From: Candidatus Aenigmatarchaeota archaeon
Lineage (GTDB): Archaea; Aenigmatarchaeota; Aenigmatarchaeia; Aenigmatarchaeales; JACQIB01
Length of the DNA: 31,062 nt
Direction: 5' to 3'
Assembly: GCA_046760225.1 (NCBI GenBank)
Contig: JBHIDR010000005.1
Coordinates: 1 to 31,062 of the forward strand
Position numbers and translations under genes: made by a program. The notes below the pieces were generated by a model. That model made no database searches, was not told the DNA's origin, and saw only the letters and a list, made by a program, of their open reading frames with translations. Shown piece by piece: positions 1-7,892 of this stretch. Each line of letters begins with the position of its first letter. Positions within the stretch are counted from its first letter, which is position 1.

Positions 1-309
1 AGATGTCCATGTGACGCTGCTATTTGCCAACTTTATGCTGTCCCAGCCGTCTGTAAATTCTGTTCCTGTAGGTGCATAGCAGCTTATGTTGCTGTTGTAA
101 ACGTCTCCAGCGCCATTGGCATCATTTACTATAGCTGAAACCCAGAAGCTTGTAGCTGGATTTACTGTTGAACTCTGGAAGCTTATTGATTCAACTGTAG
201 GTGCAACATTGCTAGGTGTTCCTTGAGTTGTTACATCCGTTGCTATGGCTATACCTGATATCAGGAGAAGGCCTGATATTATTGTTACTATTATTCTTTT
301 ATTCATCAT
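1..309 (-). CDS. Secreted/cell-surface protein, N-terminal part only (runs off the left edge)
   Basis: Manual translation MMNKRIIVTIISGLLLISGIAIATDVTTQGTPSNVAPTVESISFQSSTVNPATSFWVSAIVNDANGAGDV...; Sec-type signal peptide, S/T/N-rich, NIS and NSS sequons, strong SD GAGGAAGGAGG; absent from the ORF track. Confidence 0.8.
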   Translation of the reverse strand, partial: MMNKRIIVTIISGLLLISGIAIATDVTTQGTPSNVAPTVESISFQSSTVNPATSFWVSAIVNDANGAGDVYNSNISCYAPTGTEFTDGWDSIKLANSSVTWTS

Positions 310-323
310 CCTCCTTCCTCTTT

Positions 324-366
324 TTGTAATATTTTGGGTTACATTTTGTAATAGAAATTACTACAA
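324..366. promoter_or_regulatory. Two tandem candidate operator sites (TTGTAATA-N5-TATTACAA family)
   Basis: ttgtaata-ttttg-ggttacat at 324-344 and ttgtaata-gaaat-tactacaa at 346-366, 22 bp apart, between the TATA box and start of the 1..309 gene. Confidence 0.7.
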
Positions 367-370
367 GGTT

Positions 371-408
371 CCATATAAATGTTTGGGTCGGCACCGAAAG
401 CTTTATAA
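371..408. promoter_or_regulatory. Divergent BRE-TATA promoters
   Basis: Plus strand accgaaagCTTTATAA at 393-408; minus strand cccaaacATTTATAT at about 373-387. Confidence 0.7.
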
Positions 409-421
409 TGCGCTAATTTAA

Positions 422-442
422 TTGTAATATAGAGTCATACAA
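422..442. promoter_or_regulatory. Candidate operator site (TTGTAATA-N5-TATTACAA family)
   Basis: ttgtaata-tagag-tcatacaa, starting 20 bp after the TATA start, upstream of the V4R gene. Confidence 0.65.
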
Positions 443-459
443 TTAGGGGTTGTCCAAGG

Positions 460-933
460 ATGAGAGTGATTGAAAGGGATGTGAAGGAACTCGTGAATGG
501 TACGAGATTCTACAACGGCAATCTAGATAATGTGGTCGATGTGAGGGTTTTAAGGTCATTGAGCAACTCAATACTGGGGACACAGACCAGGGGCGAAGAA
601 ACACTGTATTTCTGCGGCAAGCTCATAGGAAGCGAGTTTGGCAGGAATTTTAAAGCAAAGAATGTTGATGATGCTATAACGTCAGTCAATGAACTAATGA
701 AAAGGCTCAATCTGGGCCATGTCAAACGTGCTGTCAGAAAAGGCAGAAGGCTGCTGATTGATGTGAAGGACTGCCCGTTGTGCGATCCAGGGAAAGACAG
801 GAGATGCTATTTTTCTGCTGGTATTCTGGCTGGTATGCTTTCCCGGACTCTAAAAAGGAATGTTGTTGGAAAGGAAACAGACTGCAAGAACAAGAAAAGA
901 GATATCTGTACCTTTGAATTGAAGTTTATATAA
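460..933 (+). CDS. V4R (4-vinyl reductase) domain protein
   Basis: LYFCGKLIG helix, DCPLC, CYFSAGILAG, ETDCx7CTFEL C-terminal Zn motif. Confidence 0.85.
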   Translation: MRVIERDVKELVNGTRFYNGNLDNVVDVRVLRSLSNSILGTQTRGEETLYFCGKLIGSEFGRNFKAKNVDDAITSVNELMKRLNLGHVKRAVRKGRRLLIDVKDCPLCDPGKDRRCYFSAGILAGMLSRTLKRNVVGKETDCKNKKRDICTFELKFI

Positions 934-1018
934 AATTACCACTTTATTATCCTTAATTTGCCCAAAAATCAGATTTATATATTATTGTATAGATATTTGT
1001 TTAAAAGGACGATTTGGT

Positions 1019-1339
1019 ATGAAAAGGGTACACAAGGGTCTGAGGGTTCTTGGCCTGACTGACCTTGAGGCAAGAGTCTATCTGAAACTCCTGGAGATGA
1101 AAAGGGCAAGGGTTACAAGGCTCGCAAAGGAGGTCAAGGTCACGCGTACGCAGCTTTATCCTCTTCTTGAAAAGATGGTAGAGAAAGGTTATGTGAAAAG
1201 GGTAGAAAAGAGCCCTGCAGTATATGCTGTTGTGGAGCCTGAAAAAATGGAAAGGATGTTGCAGAAATGGCTTAAGGAGCAGACCAAGCTCGTGAAGGAA
1301 GTGCAGAATTTCCTTAAGAAGTCAAAGAAAGGTAAATGA
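1019..1339 (+). CDS. TrmB-family wHTH transcriptional regulator, short form (DNA-binding domain plus coiled helix)
   Basis: LGLTDLEARVYLKLL, RTQLYPLLEKMVEKGYV, PAVYAVVEPE. Confidence 0.9.
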   Translation: MKRVHKGLRVLGLTDLEARVYLKLLEMKRARVTRLAKEVKVTRTQLYPLLEKMVEKGYVKRVEKSPAVYAVVEPEKMERMLQKWLKEQTKLVKEVQNFLKKSKKGK

Positions 1340-1389
1340 TTACTTCTTTTACGGCCCATCGTTACGTATTTATTCTTTTCTGTTCATGT

Positions 1390-1414
1390 TATTGTAATAT
1401 AATGTATTACAATA
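1390..1414. promoter_or_regulatory. Perfect inverted repeat, candidate operator upstream of the second TrmB gene
   Basis: tattgtaata-taatg-tattacaata (10-bp arms, 5-bp spacer) directly before a TTTAAG TATA-like box. Confidence 0.75.
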
Positions 1415-1461
1415 TTTAAGAATGTTGAATGTTATATTATAAGATATCAGGGGGTAAAGAC

Positions 1462-1785
1462 ATGAAAAAGCAAAGGCGTGTTAAAAGGGTCTTACGGGTG
1501 GTAGGACTAACGAATCTTGAAGCAGATGTATGTGTCAAGCTTCTTGAGATGAAACAGACCAGAGTAACGAAACTTGCCCGAAAAACAGGTGTCACAAGAA
1601 CCCAGCTCTATCCTCTTCTGGAGAAATTACTTGAGAAGGGCTTTGTAAAACGGATAGAAGATAGACCAACGATATATTCTGTTGTAGAACCTGAGAAGAT
1701 AGCAGCAATTCTGGAAAGGTGGATAAAAGAGCAAACCGCGCTAATCAGGGAAGCACAAAAGGTACTCAAAAAGATAAAGAGGTGA
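1462..1785 (+). CDS. TrmB-family wHTH regulator, short form, paralog of 1019..1339
   Basis: VGLTNLEADVCVKLL, VTRTQLYPLLEKLLEKGFV, PTIYSVVEPE; start placed at ATG 1462 (SD GGGGGT) rather than 1429. Confidence 0.9.
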   Translation: MKKQRRVKRVLRVVGLTNLEADVCVKLLEMKQTRVTKLARKTGVTRTQLYPLLEKLLEKGFVKRIEDRPTIYSVVEPEKIAAILERWIKEQTALIREAQKVLKKIKR

Positions 1786-2247
1786 TTATTTCCTTCTCAC
1801 AGCAAATACGCACGTATTCCTTTTGCTGTTTTTGAATCTCACGAACTTGCCAAAATAGTTCTTCCCACTTATTTCAGTAGCCATTCCTGCTATTATACCA
1901 AGCATAAAATAACAGTTTTTACTATTTCTTCTTTTCTTGTAGAAAACACAGTCATCAATATCAAGCGTTATCATGTCCTTTTTGACCCTTATTCCAGCTA
2001 TGTTACCTATGTTCAACTTTCTAAGAGTATATTTTAGTATGTCTATAATATTGTTCTTGGGATGTTTCTTGATATGGTTACTTACTATTCTTTCTCCTAT
2101 GAACTTTCCTGAGAAATATATTATCTCATGGCCATTGGCCTGTGTTTCGAGTATTGAGTCATTGAGCATATGGAGCAGGGATATGTCTATCTTTTTGTAA
2201 CCTTTGCTGAAAAGAGACCTTATGCTGTCATCTATATCGTAGGCCAT
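1786..2247 (-). CDS. V4R domain protein, paralog of 460..933
   Basis: NDSILETQANGHEIIYFSGKFIG aligns with SNSILGTQTRGEETLYFCGKLIG; CYFMLGIIAG; C-terminal CVF. Confidence 0.8.
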   Translation of the reverse strand: MAYDIDDSIRSLFSKGYKKIDISLLHMLNDSILETQANGHEIIYFSGKFIGERIVSNHIKKHPKNNIIDILKYTLRKLNIGNIAGIRVKKDMITLDIDDCVFYKKRRNSKNCYFMLGIIAGMATEISGKNYFGKFVRFKNSKRNTCVFAVRRK

Positions 2248-2318
2248 GTCAACACTATTTTTTTATTGAATGGGGGCGTATAAAATACTATATGGACATT
2301 TTTTCTGCTTATTTACCC

Positions 2319-2349
2319 TAAAAAAAGAAAAAGGGTGACAAAGTCACCC
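2319..2349 (-). terminator. Hairpin plus T-tract terminator of the beta-propeller gene
   Basis: gggtgac-aaa-gtcaccc at 2333-2349 overlapping the stop codon, followed on the minus strand by TTTTTCTTTTTTTT. Confidence 0.65.
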
Positions 2350-3831
2350 AATTACATTAACTATATCACTGCCTTCGAATGGTGTTTCTCCAACCATCCC
2401 TGTTATTGTTATTTCCACTGCTTCTCCTGTGTCCAGTATGCCTATGACCTCTTTTCTGTCGAATTTCACCATCAGGTCCTTGATTCCATCGCCATCATGG
2501 TCTCCTATGTTCGTAGGACCACTTGAGGGAACTGTGCCTTCCAGCAAAAGGGACGATGTGTCTAACCAGGAAGGATCATAGCCATCAACTTCTATGTATG
2601 CTGTAATCCATTTCCCTTTGCTCTTCTTGTTTATTGTATCCGGGTCTATATCTATTGTTATGTCTGTTACATTGTCCACATGCCCGAATACAAATACGCT
2701 AGTATTTGTTCCTACAAACAGCCTGTCATTTTCCACCATTGGGGACGATTCACTCGTATAGCCTGTCTCGTAGTCCCAGATAAGGGATCCTGTGCTTTCG
2801 CTCAGCACATAGACATGGCCGTCAACTGAGTTCACTATCACTTTTCCATCTGATATGGCTGGTGATGACTTCACATCATCTGCTGTTATATAACTCCATA
2901 ACAAATCGCCTGTTGTTGAATTAAATGCATAGACTTTGTTGTCATTGGAGCCTATATAGAGTACTCCTGTATTCCTGTTGACAGCAGGTGAGGATATAAC
3001 TACGTCACCTGTTGTATAGTTCCATAGCAGGTTACCATTGTTTCTGTTCAATGCATATAGCTGCCCATCTAATGAGCCAACAAATACCGTTTCGATATTT
3101 TCTCTGACCATGGGAGTTGATATTATATCTCCGTTTGTTTCAAAGTCCCACAAAGGCGCTCCTGTTGATGAATTGAGTGCATAGAGCTTCCTGTCTGAAG
3201 AGCCGACAAATACCATTCCGCTTTCATGTATAACTGGGGATGATATCACAGCCCCGCCTGTTGTAAAGCTCCATTCAAGTGTGCCGCTTGAACTCAAGGC
3301 GTATACATTTCCGTCACCAGATCCGAAATATACCATACCGCTTCCTGGTATTGTTGCTGGTGATGACTCAACATCGCCTCCTGTAGTATAGCTCCATAGT
3401 ATGTTCCCATCGAGTTTGTTTAATGCGTACAGCTTGTTTCCAGAACCTACGTACAGATGCCCTGTGCTGTTGTCCAAGAGTGGTGTAGACTTTGTACCAA
3501 TTCCAAGGTATTGCGCCCATAGCAAATCCCGTGTTATGTCGTCGAACGCATATATGTAGCCGTCATTCGAAGCCACGAACAGGGTCCCGTATGTGTGCTC
3601 GATATCTGTGTCATATATGGGAGCTGAAAAGTCCACTCCAACGTCATACTCCCACATGAGCTGCGCAGTCTCTGGTATATCGCACGTTGCGAATCCGCTA
3701 CGATGCCAGTTGTGCTGGAACATAGCCCATGTTCCACCCCCCTCACACGCAAATACTATCCCTGAACCGACTAAAACGAAAGAAATTGTCAGTACAGAGA
3801 ATATAGCCAGTAGATATTTGTTTTTTAACAT
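2344..3831 (-). CDS. Secreted PQQ-like (BamB-type) beta-propeller repeat protein
   Basis: Signal peptide, WAMFQHNWHRSG, about 8 repeats of SSP...VYxGSxDGxVYAL...GxLLW; C-terminal domain with a DHDGDG Ca-binding-like motif. Confidence 0.9.
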   Translation of the reverse strand: MLKNKYLLAIFSVLTISFVLVGSGIVFACEGGGTWAMFQHNWHRSGFATCDIPETAQLMWEYDVGVDFSAPIYDTDIEHTYGTLFVASNDGYIYAFDDITRDLLWAQYLGIGTKSTPLLDNSTGHLYVGSGNKLYALNKLDGNILWSYTTGGDVESSPATIPGSGMVYFGSGDGNVYALSSSGTLEWSFTTGGAVISSPVIHESGMVFVGSSDRKLYALNSSTGAPLWDFETNGDIISTPMVRENIETVFVGSLDGQLYALNRNNGNLLWNYTTGDVVISSPAVNRNTGVLYIGSNDNKVYAFNSTTGDLLWSYITADDVKSSPAISDGKVIVNSVDGHVYVLSESTGSLIWDYETGYTSESSPMVENDRLFVGTNTSVFVFGHVDNVTDITIDIDPDTINKKSKGKWITAYIEVDGYDPSWLDTSSLLLEGTVPSSGPTNIGDHDGDGIKDLMVKFDRKEVIGILDTGEAVEITITGMVGETPFEGSDIVNVIG

Positions 3832-3928
3832 AAACAATAGATGGTCGATATCAATCCTTAAACATGTTTGGAAGCTTTTATTTAGAAAATGTCCAAACTT
3901 TTAAATTGATATTTTCATAATTTATAAT

Positions 3929-5149
3929 ATGGTTCTTAACAGATATGATAATAAGCTCTTGGAATTCATGTACCTCTTAACGAAGAAGCAGAAACACATG
4001 AATTCAATAGAAATAGCGAGATACCTCTCCTCTCACGGCAAGAAGATAACTGACAGAACCATCAGAAGGTGGTTTCATTATCTCCATAAGTATCATTTCG
4101 ATTATTTTCCGTATCCGAAATATGGGACACTGGGCTTAGTTCCTATATTTACATTGGTGGAATTCAATGAAAAATTGTTAGAAGTATTGCCTTATAGGCT
4201 ATCAATTATATACGGTATTAACTTTCAAGACTTTGAAAGGTGCTTAATCAATACCCACTTAATACCGACTAACCATCTGAATGATTTTAAAGCATTATGC
4301 TCAGAGGCCTCGGAATATGGAATTTTTAAGAAATATTTTATTTTCGATTCAGCTGTCGCCTTTTTTTCACCGTTTCATAAGATATTCAAAAGGGATGGTC
4401 TTGTTGAATTTCCAGAAAATTATGACATCGACAATTCTTATTTTACAGGACTGTTAAGAAATTGTCTTCAAAGTGATAAAAGTAATAGGTTAGAGAAAGA
4501 AGTAAAAGAGAATCCTCTAATAATTCCTATAATCCTTGAATATTTCAGGGAACATAGGTCATCACACGGGGTCTGGAACTCATTTAGAAGAAAATTAGGA
4601 GACGGGGTCTGGGGATATGTGAAGGATCCTAAGATCAGGAGATTAAAGAAAAAAGGTAGTGGAATAAGACTAATACAAAAAACCATGAAGGAGCTTCATG
4701 ACAATTTCCATGAATTCTTCCAACAAATAAGAGTAGTATATTATCCCTTCTATGCTCATGAAAACAACATATTTTACATGTTCTTGAAATTAAAAAGAAA
4801 AAACGACATAATACCGCTTTCAGAAGCTCTTTCGAAGCATTCTGTTTCAATTGTGGTATATCCTCCCATGAATCCAAAAAGTAAAGAGATAGCTTATTAT
4901 ATTCTCACCAATAAGAAAGAGACCTTGAACATAATAAGCAACTTAATCCACCCATATATTGACAAATCATATGATAACAAGATAATTTACGAGGATTTCG
5001 AAGCTTCAATGAAGTATAGGGGCCCAAAATCATATCATTGGCGCAAATACTATCTTAGGTCTAATTATCACAGGCTATTTAATCCGAAAACTGTGACATG
5101 GAAATTTGATATAGAAAAATACAAGAAGAGATTGTACAAGCTGAAATAG
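3929..5149 (+). CDS. Putative transcriptional regulator with N-terminal wHTH (Lrp-like tandem architecture), AT-rich
   Basis: SIEIARYL...ITDRTIRRWFHYL HTH followed by PKYGTLGLVPIF; divergent from the propeller gene. Confidence 0.6.
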   Translation: MVLNRYDNKLLEFMYLLTKKQKHMNSIEIARYLSSHGKKITDRTIRRWFHYLHKYHFDYFPYPKYGTLGLVPIFTLVEFNEKLLEVLPYRLSIIYGINFQDFERCLINTHLIPTNHLNDFKALCSEASEYGIFKKYFIFDSAVAFFSPFHKIFKRDGLVEFPENYDIDNSYFTGLLRNCLQSDKSNRLEKEVKENPLIIPIILEYFREHRSSHGVWNSFRRKLGDGVWGYVKDPKIRRLKKKGSGIRLIQKTMKELHDNFHEFFQQIRVVYYPFYAHENNIFYMFLKLKRKNDIIPLSEALSKHSVSIVVYPPMNPKSKEIAYYILTNKKETLNIISNLIHPYIDKSYDNKIIYEDFEASMKYRGPKSYHWRKYYLRSNYHRLFNPKTVTWKFDIEKYKKRLYKLK

Positions 5150-5154
5150 CATGC

Positions 5155-5424
5155 TTATTCTTTCTTGGCAAACTTCTTCATGTAGATTATGACCACAAGG
5201 AGTATGATCATGAGTATGAGAAGTATCCATGATGTCATCAGGGGGACCTCACCAGGCTCTATTTCTTCAAGGCGGTGCACTTCTTCCATGGTAGGTCCTG
5301 AGAGGAGGTAGCCTGTGATTCCTGGTGCTACAAGTGTCACTAGAATACCATACACTAGGACAGCCACCAGGCATGCTTCAAGGAATATTGTTAAGGTTTC
5401 TGCGCTCCTTTTAAATTGTAACAT
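5155..5424 (-). CDS. Small two-TM membrane protein
   Basis: Two hydrophobic segments flanking an acidic loop; basic C-tail KKFAKKE. Confidence 0.7.
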   Translation of the reverse strand: MLQFKRSAETLTIFLEACLVAVLVYGILVTLVAPGITGYLLSGPTMEEVHRLEEIEPGEVPLMTSWILLILMIILLVVIIYMKKFAKKE

Positions 5425-5436
5425 ACAATATTACAA
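5416..5436. promoter_or_regulatory. Candidate operator site (TTGTAATA-N5-TATTACAA family)
   Basis: ttgtaaca-tacaa-tattacaa overlapping the start codon of 5155..5424, 20 bp downstream of the minus-strand TTTAAGTA start. Confidence 0.7.
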
Positions 5437-5463
5437 TATTCATTTTATTACTTAAATCTTTGC

Positions 5464-6876
5464 CTATGAGAGAAAGTTGAGGTTCTTCTCGAAGTAGTTG
5501 CGGAAGAATATCATGAAGTCAGGAGGAAGGGTGCTTATCATCTTTATTGCATCTGCACCGCTTGCTATTTTTGCGCTTGCTATCTCTGGTGCCAGCTTGC
5601 TGGGTATTCCCTTTGCCTTGAGGTCCTTTGACTTCTGGGAAAAGAAATCGTTGAGGAAAAGAAGTGCTGCTGTGTGTTTCCTTTGTGTTTCCACAAACCA
5701 GTTGTTTCCTTCAACAAATACCTTCTTGTCCTTGTAGTGCTTGAGGAAGGCATTGCTCTGCTTTGCAGAAAAGATTGTGGGTCCCATGTGCTTTACTGTT
5801 CTTGGGACCTTCCAGACATCTAATTCCAGTACCAGCAGGCATTCCTTGTTATCTGCAAATGCCTGTGAGCGCATTACCCTGAACCCGCCTTCTGCTAAAA
5901 GCCCTGTTAGTCTTACAAGTGTGCGCCTCATCTGGGGCCAGAGCACGTCATCCAGAACATCTGGCCGCTTGAAGTGGATGAGGTAGAACCTGCTGCCCCT
6001 TTTCTTTATTTCCCTGAATATTTCATTTGTGGAATAGGGCCTGCCTTTTTCAACTATGAACTTCTTAGAGTGTGGGTGTTTGAGGAACTCGTTGCAGGCA
6101 AGGACAAATTTATAGAAGCTCTCAGGTGATACGGCTGCTGCAACATTCCTGTTCGGGTCAACAGGATCAATGACAATCAGGGGGGAACGGAACTTCTCAA
6201 CCAGCTTTTGCCTGTCTGGTTTTCTCTTCAGGTCAATTGCAACTCCTGCATGCCACTTGCTTGCCTGCTTCAGGAGATTGAGGAATGATTTGTGCTTTAT
6301 GATCAGGAGCTCGCACAGGTATCCTGAAAAGCCCTGTGTCTTGACATCTGCACCATAGCAGCCTGCTGCCTTGCAGAACTGCTTCAATAACCTTACATCA
6401 TCTGTCTTCTTTCCTATGTTCCTGTTGACAAAGCGCACATGATGGGGCGTGCGGTCAACTGCTGACTTTATCTTTGCAGGGTTCTTGATGTTGTAGCAGG
6501 GCACTATGTCAACATCGAATGTCTTTCTCTTGAACTTTACCTTGCCCCTGAGGTAAGGGTGCTCGGCATAGGCAATCCTGTACTTGCCCTTGAGGTCCTT
6601 TATTATCTTCTTTGCAGCATCCAATCCTTTCTTCTGAAGCTGCTTCCTCTTGAGATGAGGAGAGAAAAGAAGGAAAAGGTCTATCTCATTCCTTCCAGCA
6701 AGCCATGTTCCCTTCACAACAGAGCCGCAGAGCATGGGCTTTGCATGCTTCTTGGAGACAGCTATTATCCTCCTTGTGAATTCGCCCATCTCCCTTTCTT
6801 CTTTTTTACCTGGCTTGATTTTTTTCAGTGCTGCTGCCAGTGTTTTTTCAATTTTCCCTTTAGCCAACTTTACCAC
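5464..6876 (-). CDS. cca: CCA-adding enzyme (archaeal class I tRNA nucleotidyltransferase)
   Basis: GSVVKGTWLxGxxEIDLF, AYAEHPY, VDIVPCY, SAVDRTPHH, GFSGYLCELL, DPVDPNRNVAAA. Confidence 0.97.
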   Translation of the reverse strand: MVKLAKGKIEKTLAAALKKIKPGKKEEREMGEFTRRIIAVSKKHAKPMLCGSVVKGTWLAGRNEIDLFLLFSPHLKRKQLQKKGLDAAKKIIKDLKGKYRIAYAEHPYLRGKVKFKRKTFDVDIVPCYNIKNPAKIKSAVDRTPHHVRFVNRNIGKKTDDVRLLKQFCKAAGCYGADVKTQGFSGYLCELLIIKHKSFLNLLKQASKWHAGVAIDLKRKPDRQKLVEKFRSPLIVIDPVDPNRNVAAAVSPESFYKFVLACNEFLKHPHSKKFIVEKGRPYSTNEIFREIKKRGSRFYLIHFKRPDVLDDVLWPQMRRTLVRLTGLLAEGGFRVMRSQAFADNKECLLVLELDVWKVPRTVKHMGPTIFSAKQSNAFLKHYKDKKVFVEGNNWFVETQRKHTAALLFLNDFFSQKSKDLKAKGIPSKLAPEIASAKIASGADAIKMISTLPPDFMIFFRNYFEKNLNFLS

Positions 6877-6922
6877 ATAACTTTATATGGAGGCTTAATA
6901 AATAAAGATTAGGTGAAAACAA

Positions 6923-7570
6923 ATGGTGCTGAACGAGGTCTTTGCACAAGTGTTCATCAATCTTTGGAACGGCTTCCTACTGGCATTGCCAGGTATAGTG
7001 GCAGCAGTCATCACACTGTTTATAGGTTTCATTATAGGAAAGCTTGCAGGGATGGTTGTCAGGGAGATAATAGTGAGGCTGAAGATAGACGAGTGGATAG
7101 CTGAGGAAGGTGTCACGTTCAAGTTTTCCAGCGTGTTCGATGTAATAACCAGATGGATAATATACCTTGTCTTCATCCAGCAGGCAGCGATATTCCTGAA
7201 TGTGCAGGCAATAACAATATTCGTGAACAATGTGATATCCATCATACCGCCACTGATTCAGGCTGGGTTGCTGGTGATAGTGGGTTATTCTCTTGCAATC
7301 TACATGAAGGAGAGGATAATAAGCTCAAAGACGCTTTATGCGGACGTGGTCGGTAAGACAGTGTTCTTCCTTATCCTTTATCTCTCAATTGCAATGGCCC
7401 TGTCACAGATGAGAATCGACACAACCCTGGTGAACAACATACTTCTGCTCATAGTGGCTGGAGCAAGCCTGGGGGTGGCAATAGCCCTTGGTCTTGGACT
7501 AAAGGACGTTGTTGCTGTATCTGCAAAAGACTATGCACGGAAGTTCAAGAAAGGAAGACGAAGAAGGTAA
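6923..7570 (+). CDS. MscS-family TM-helix repeat membrane protein (CmpX-like)
   Basis: LPGIVAAVITLFIGFIIGK and IPPLIQAGLLVIVG repeats; C-terminal AIALGLGLKD. Confidence 0.8.
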   Translation: MVLNEVFAQVFINLWNGFLLALPGIVAAVITLFIGFIIGKLAGMVVREIIVRLKIDEWIAEEGVTFKFSSVFDVITRWIIYLVFIQQAAIFLNVQAITIFVNNVISIIPPLIQAGLLVIVGYSLAIYMKERIISSKTLYADVVGKTVFFLILYLSIAMALSQMRIDTTLVNNILLLIVAGASLGVAIALGLGLKDVVAVSAKDYARKFKKGRRRR

Positions 7571-7596
7571 TTTTTCTTTTTTTCTTTTTATTTTAT
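7571..7596 (+). terminator. Oligo-T archaeal terminator
   Basis: tttttctttttttctttttatttt immediately after the stop codon at 7570. Confidence 0.55.
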
Positions 7597-7842
7597 TCAG
7601 CCCAGTCTTTTCAGTATCAGCACAGCCAATAAGAAAATAACGGCAAGAACTCCCATTGACAGTGATATATAGGAAGGGTCTTCCTCTGGTTCAGTATCAA
7701 TATCAATGCCTTCCATTTCCATTGAGGCCATTGTTGTCGGTCCCATGGCGACAAAATCGTTCAGTAAAAAATAGGCCATAAAGGAAACGCTGAGCAGGGC
7801 CAGCGCGATTATCAAAAACAGCTTCTTTATCCTTTTTATCAT
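7597..7842 (-). CDS. Small two-TM membrane protein
   Basis: TM, acidic loop, TM, then KRLG; resembles 5155..5424. Confidence 0.75.
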   Translation of the reverse strand: MIKRIKKLFLIIALALLSVSFMAYFLLNDFVAMGPTTMASMEMEGIDIDTEPEEDPSYISLSMGVLAVIFLLAVLILKRLG

Positions 7843-7892
7843 AAAATAAGATAGACTTGTACTTATAAAGTTTTTGTTAACTTTATAAAGGA

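Noticed and set aside
985..1005. Possible sixth operator copy upstream of TrmB-1, and a half-site at 11342-11349 before tfb
   Set aside because: Only 10/16 match in AT-rich DNA, and the tfb site lacks a left arm.
2700..3660. Periodic ~120-bp DNA similarity resembling an array
   Set aside because: Explained by beta-propeller blade repeats; no identical repeats with spacers, so not CRISPR.
2293..3896. AAAATGTCCA upstream of TATA boxes at about 2293 (minus) and 3887 (plus)
   Set aside because: Only two copies with different spacing to the TATA box; could be chance.
6660..6730. EID instead of DxD in the CCA-adding enzyme
   Set aside because: ExD is a normal variant in archaeal class I CCA enzymes.
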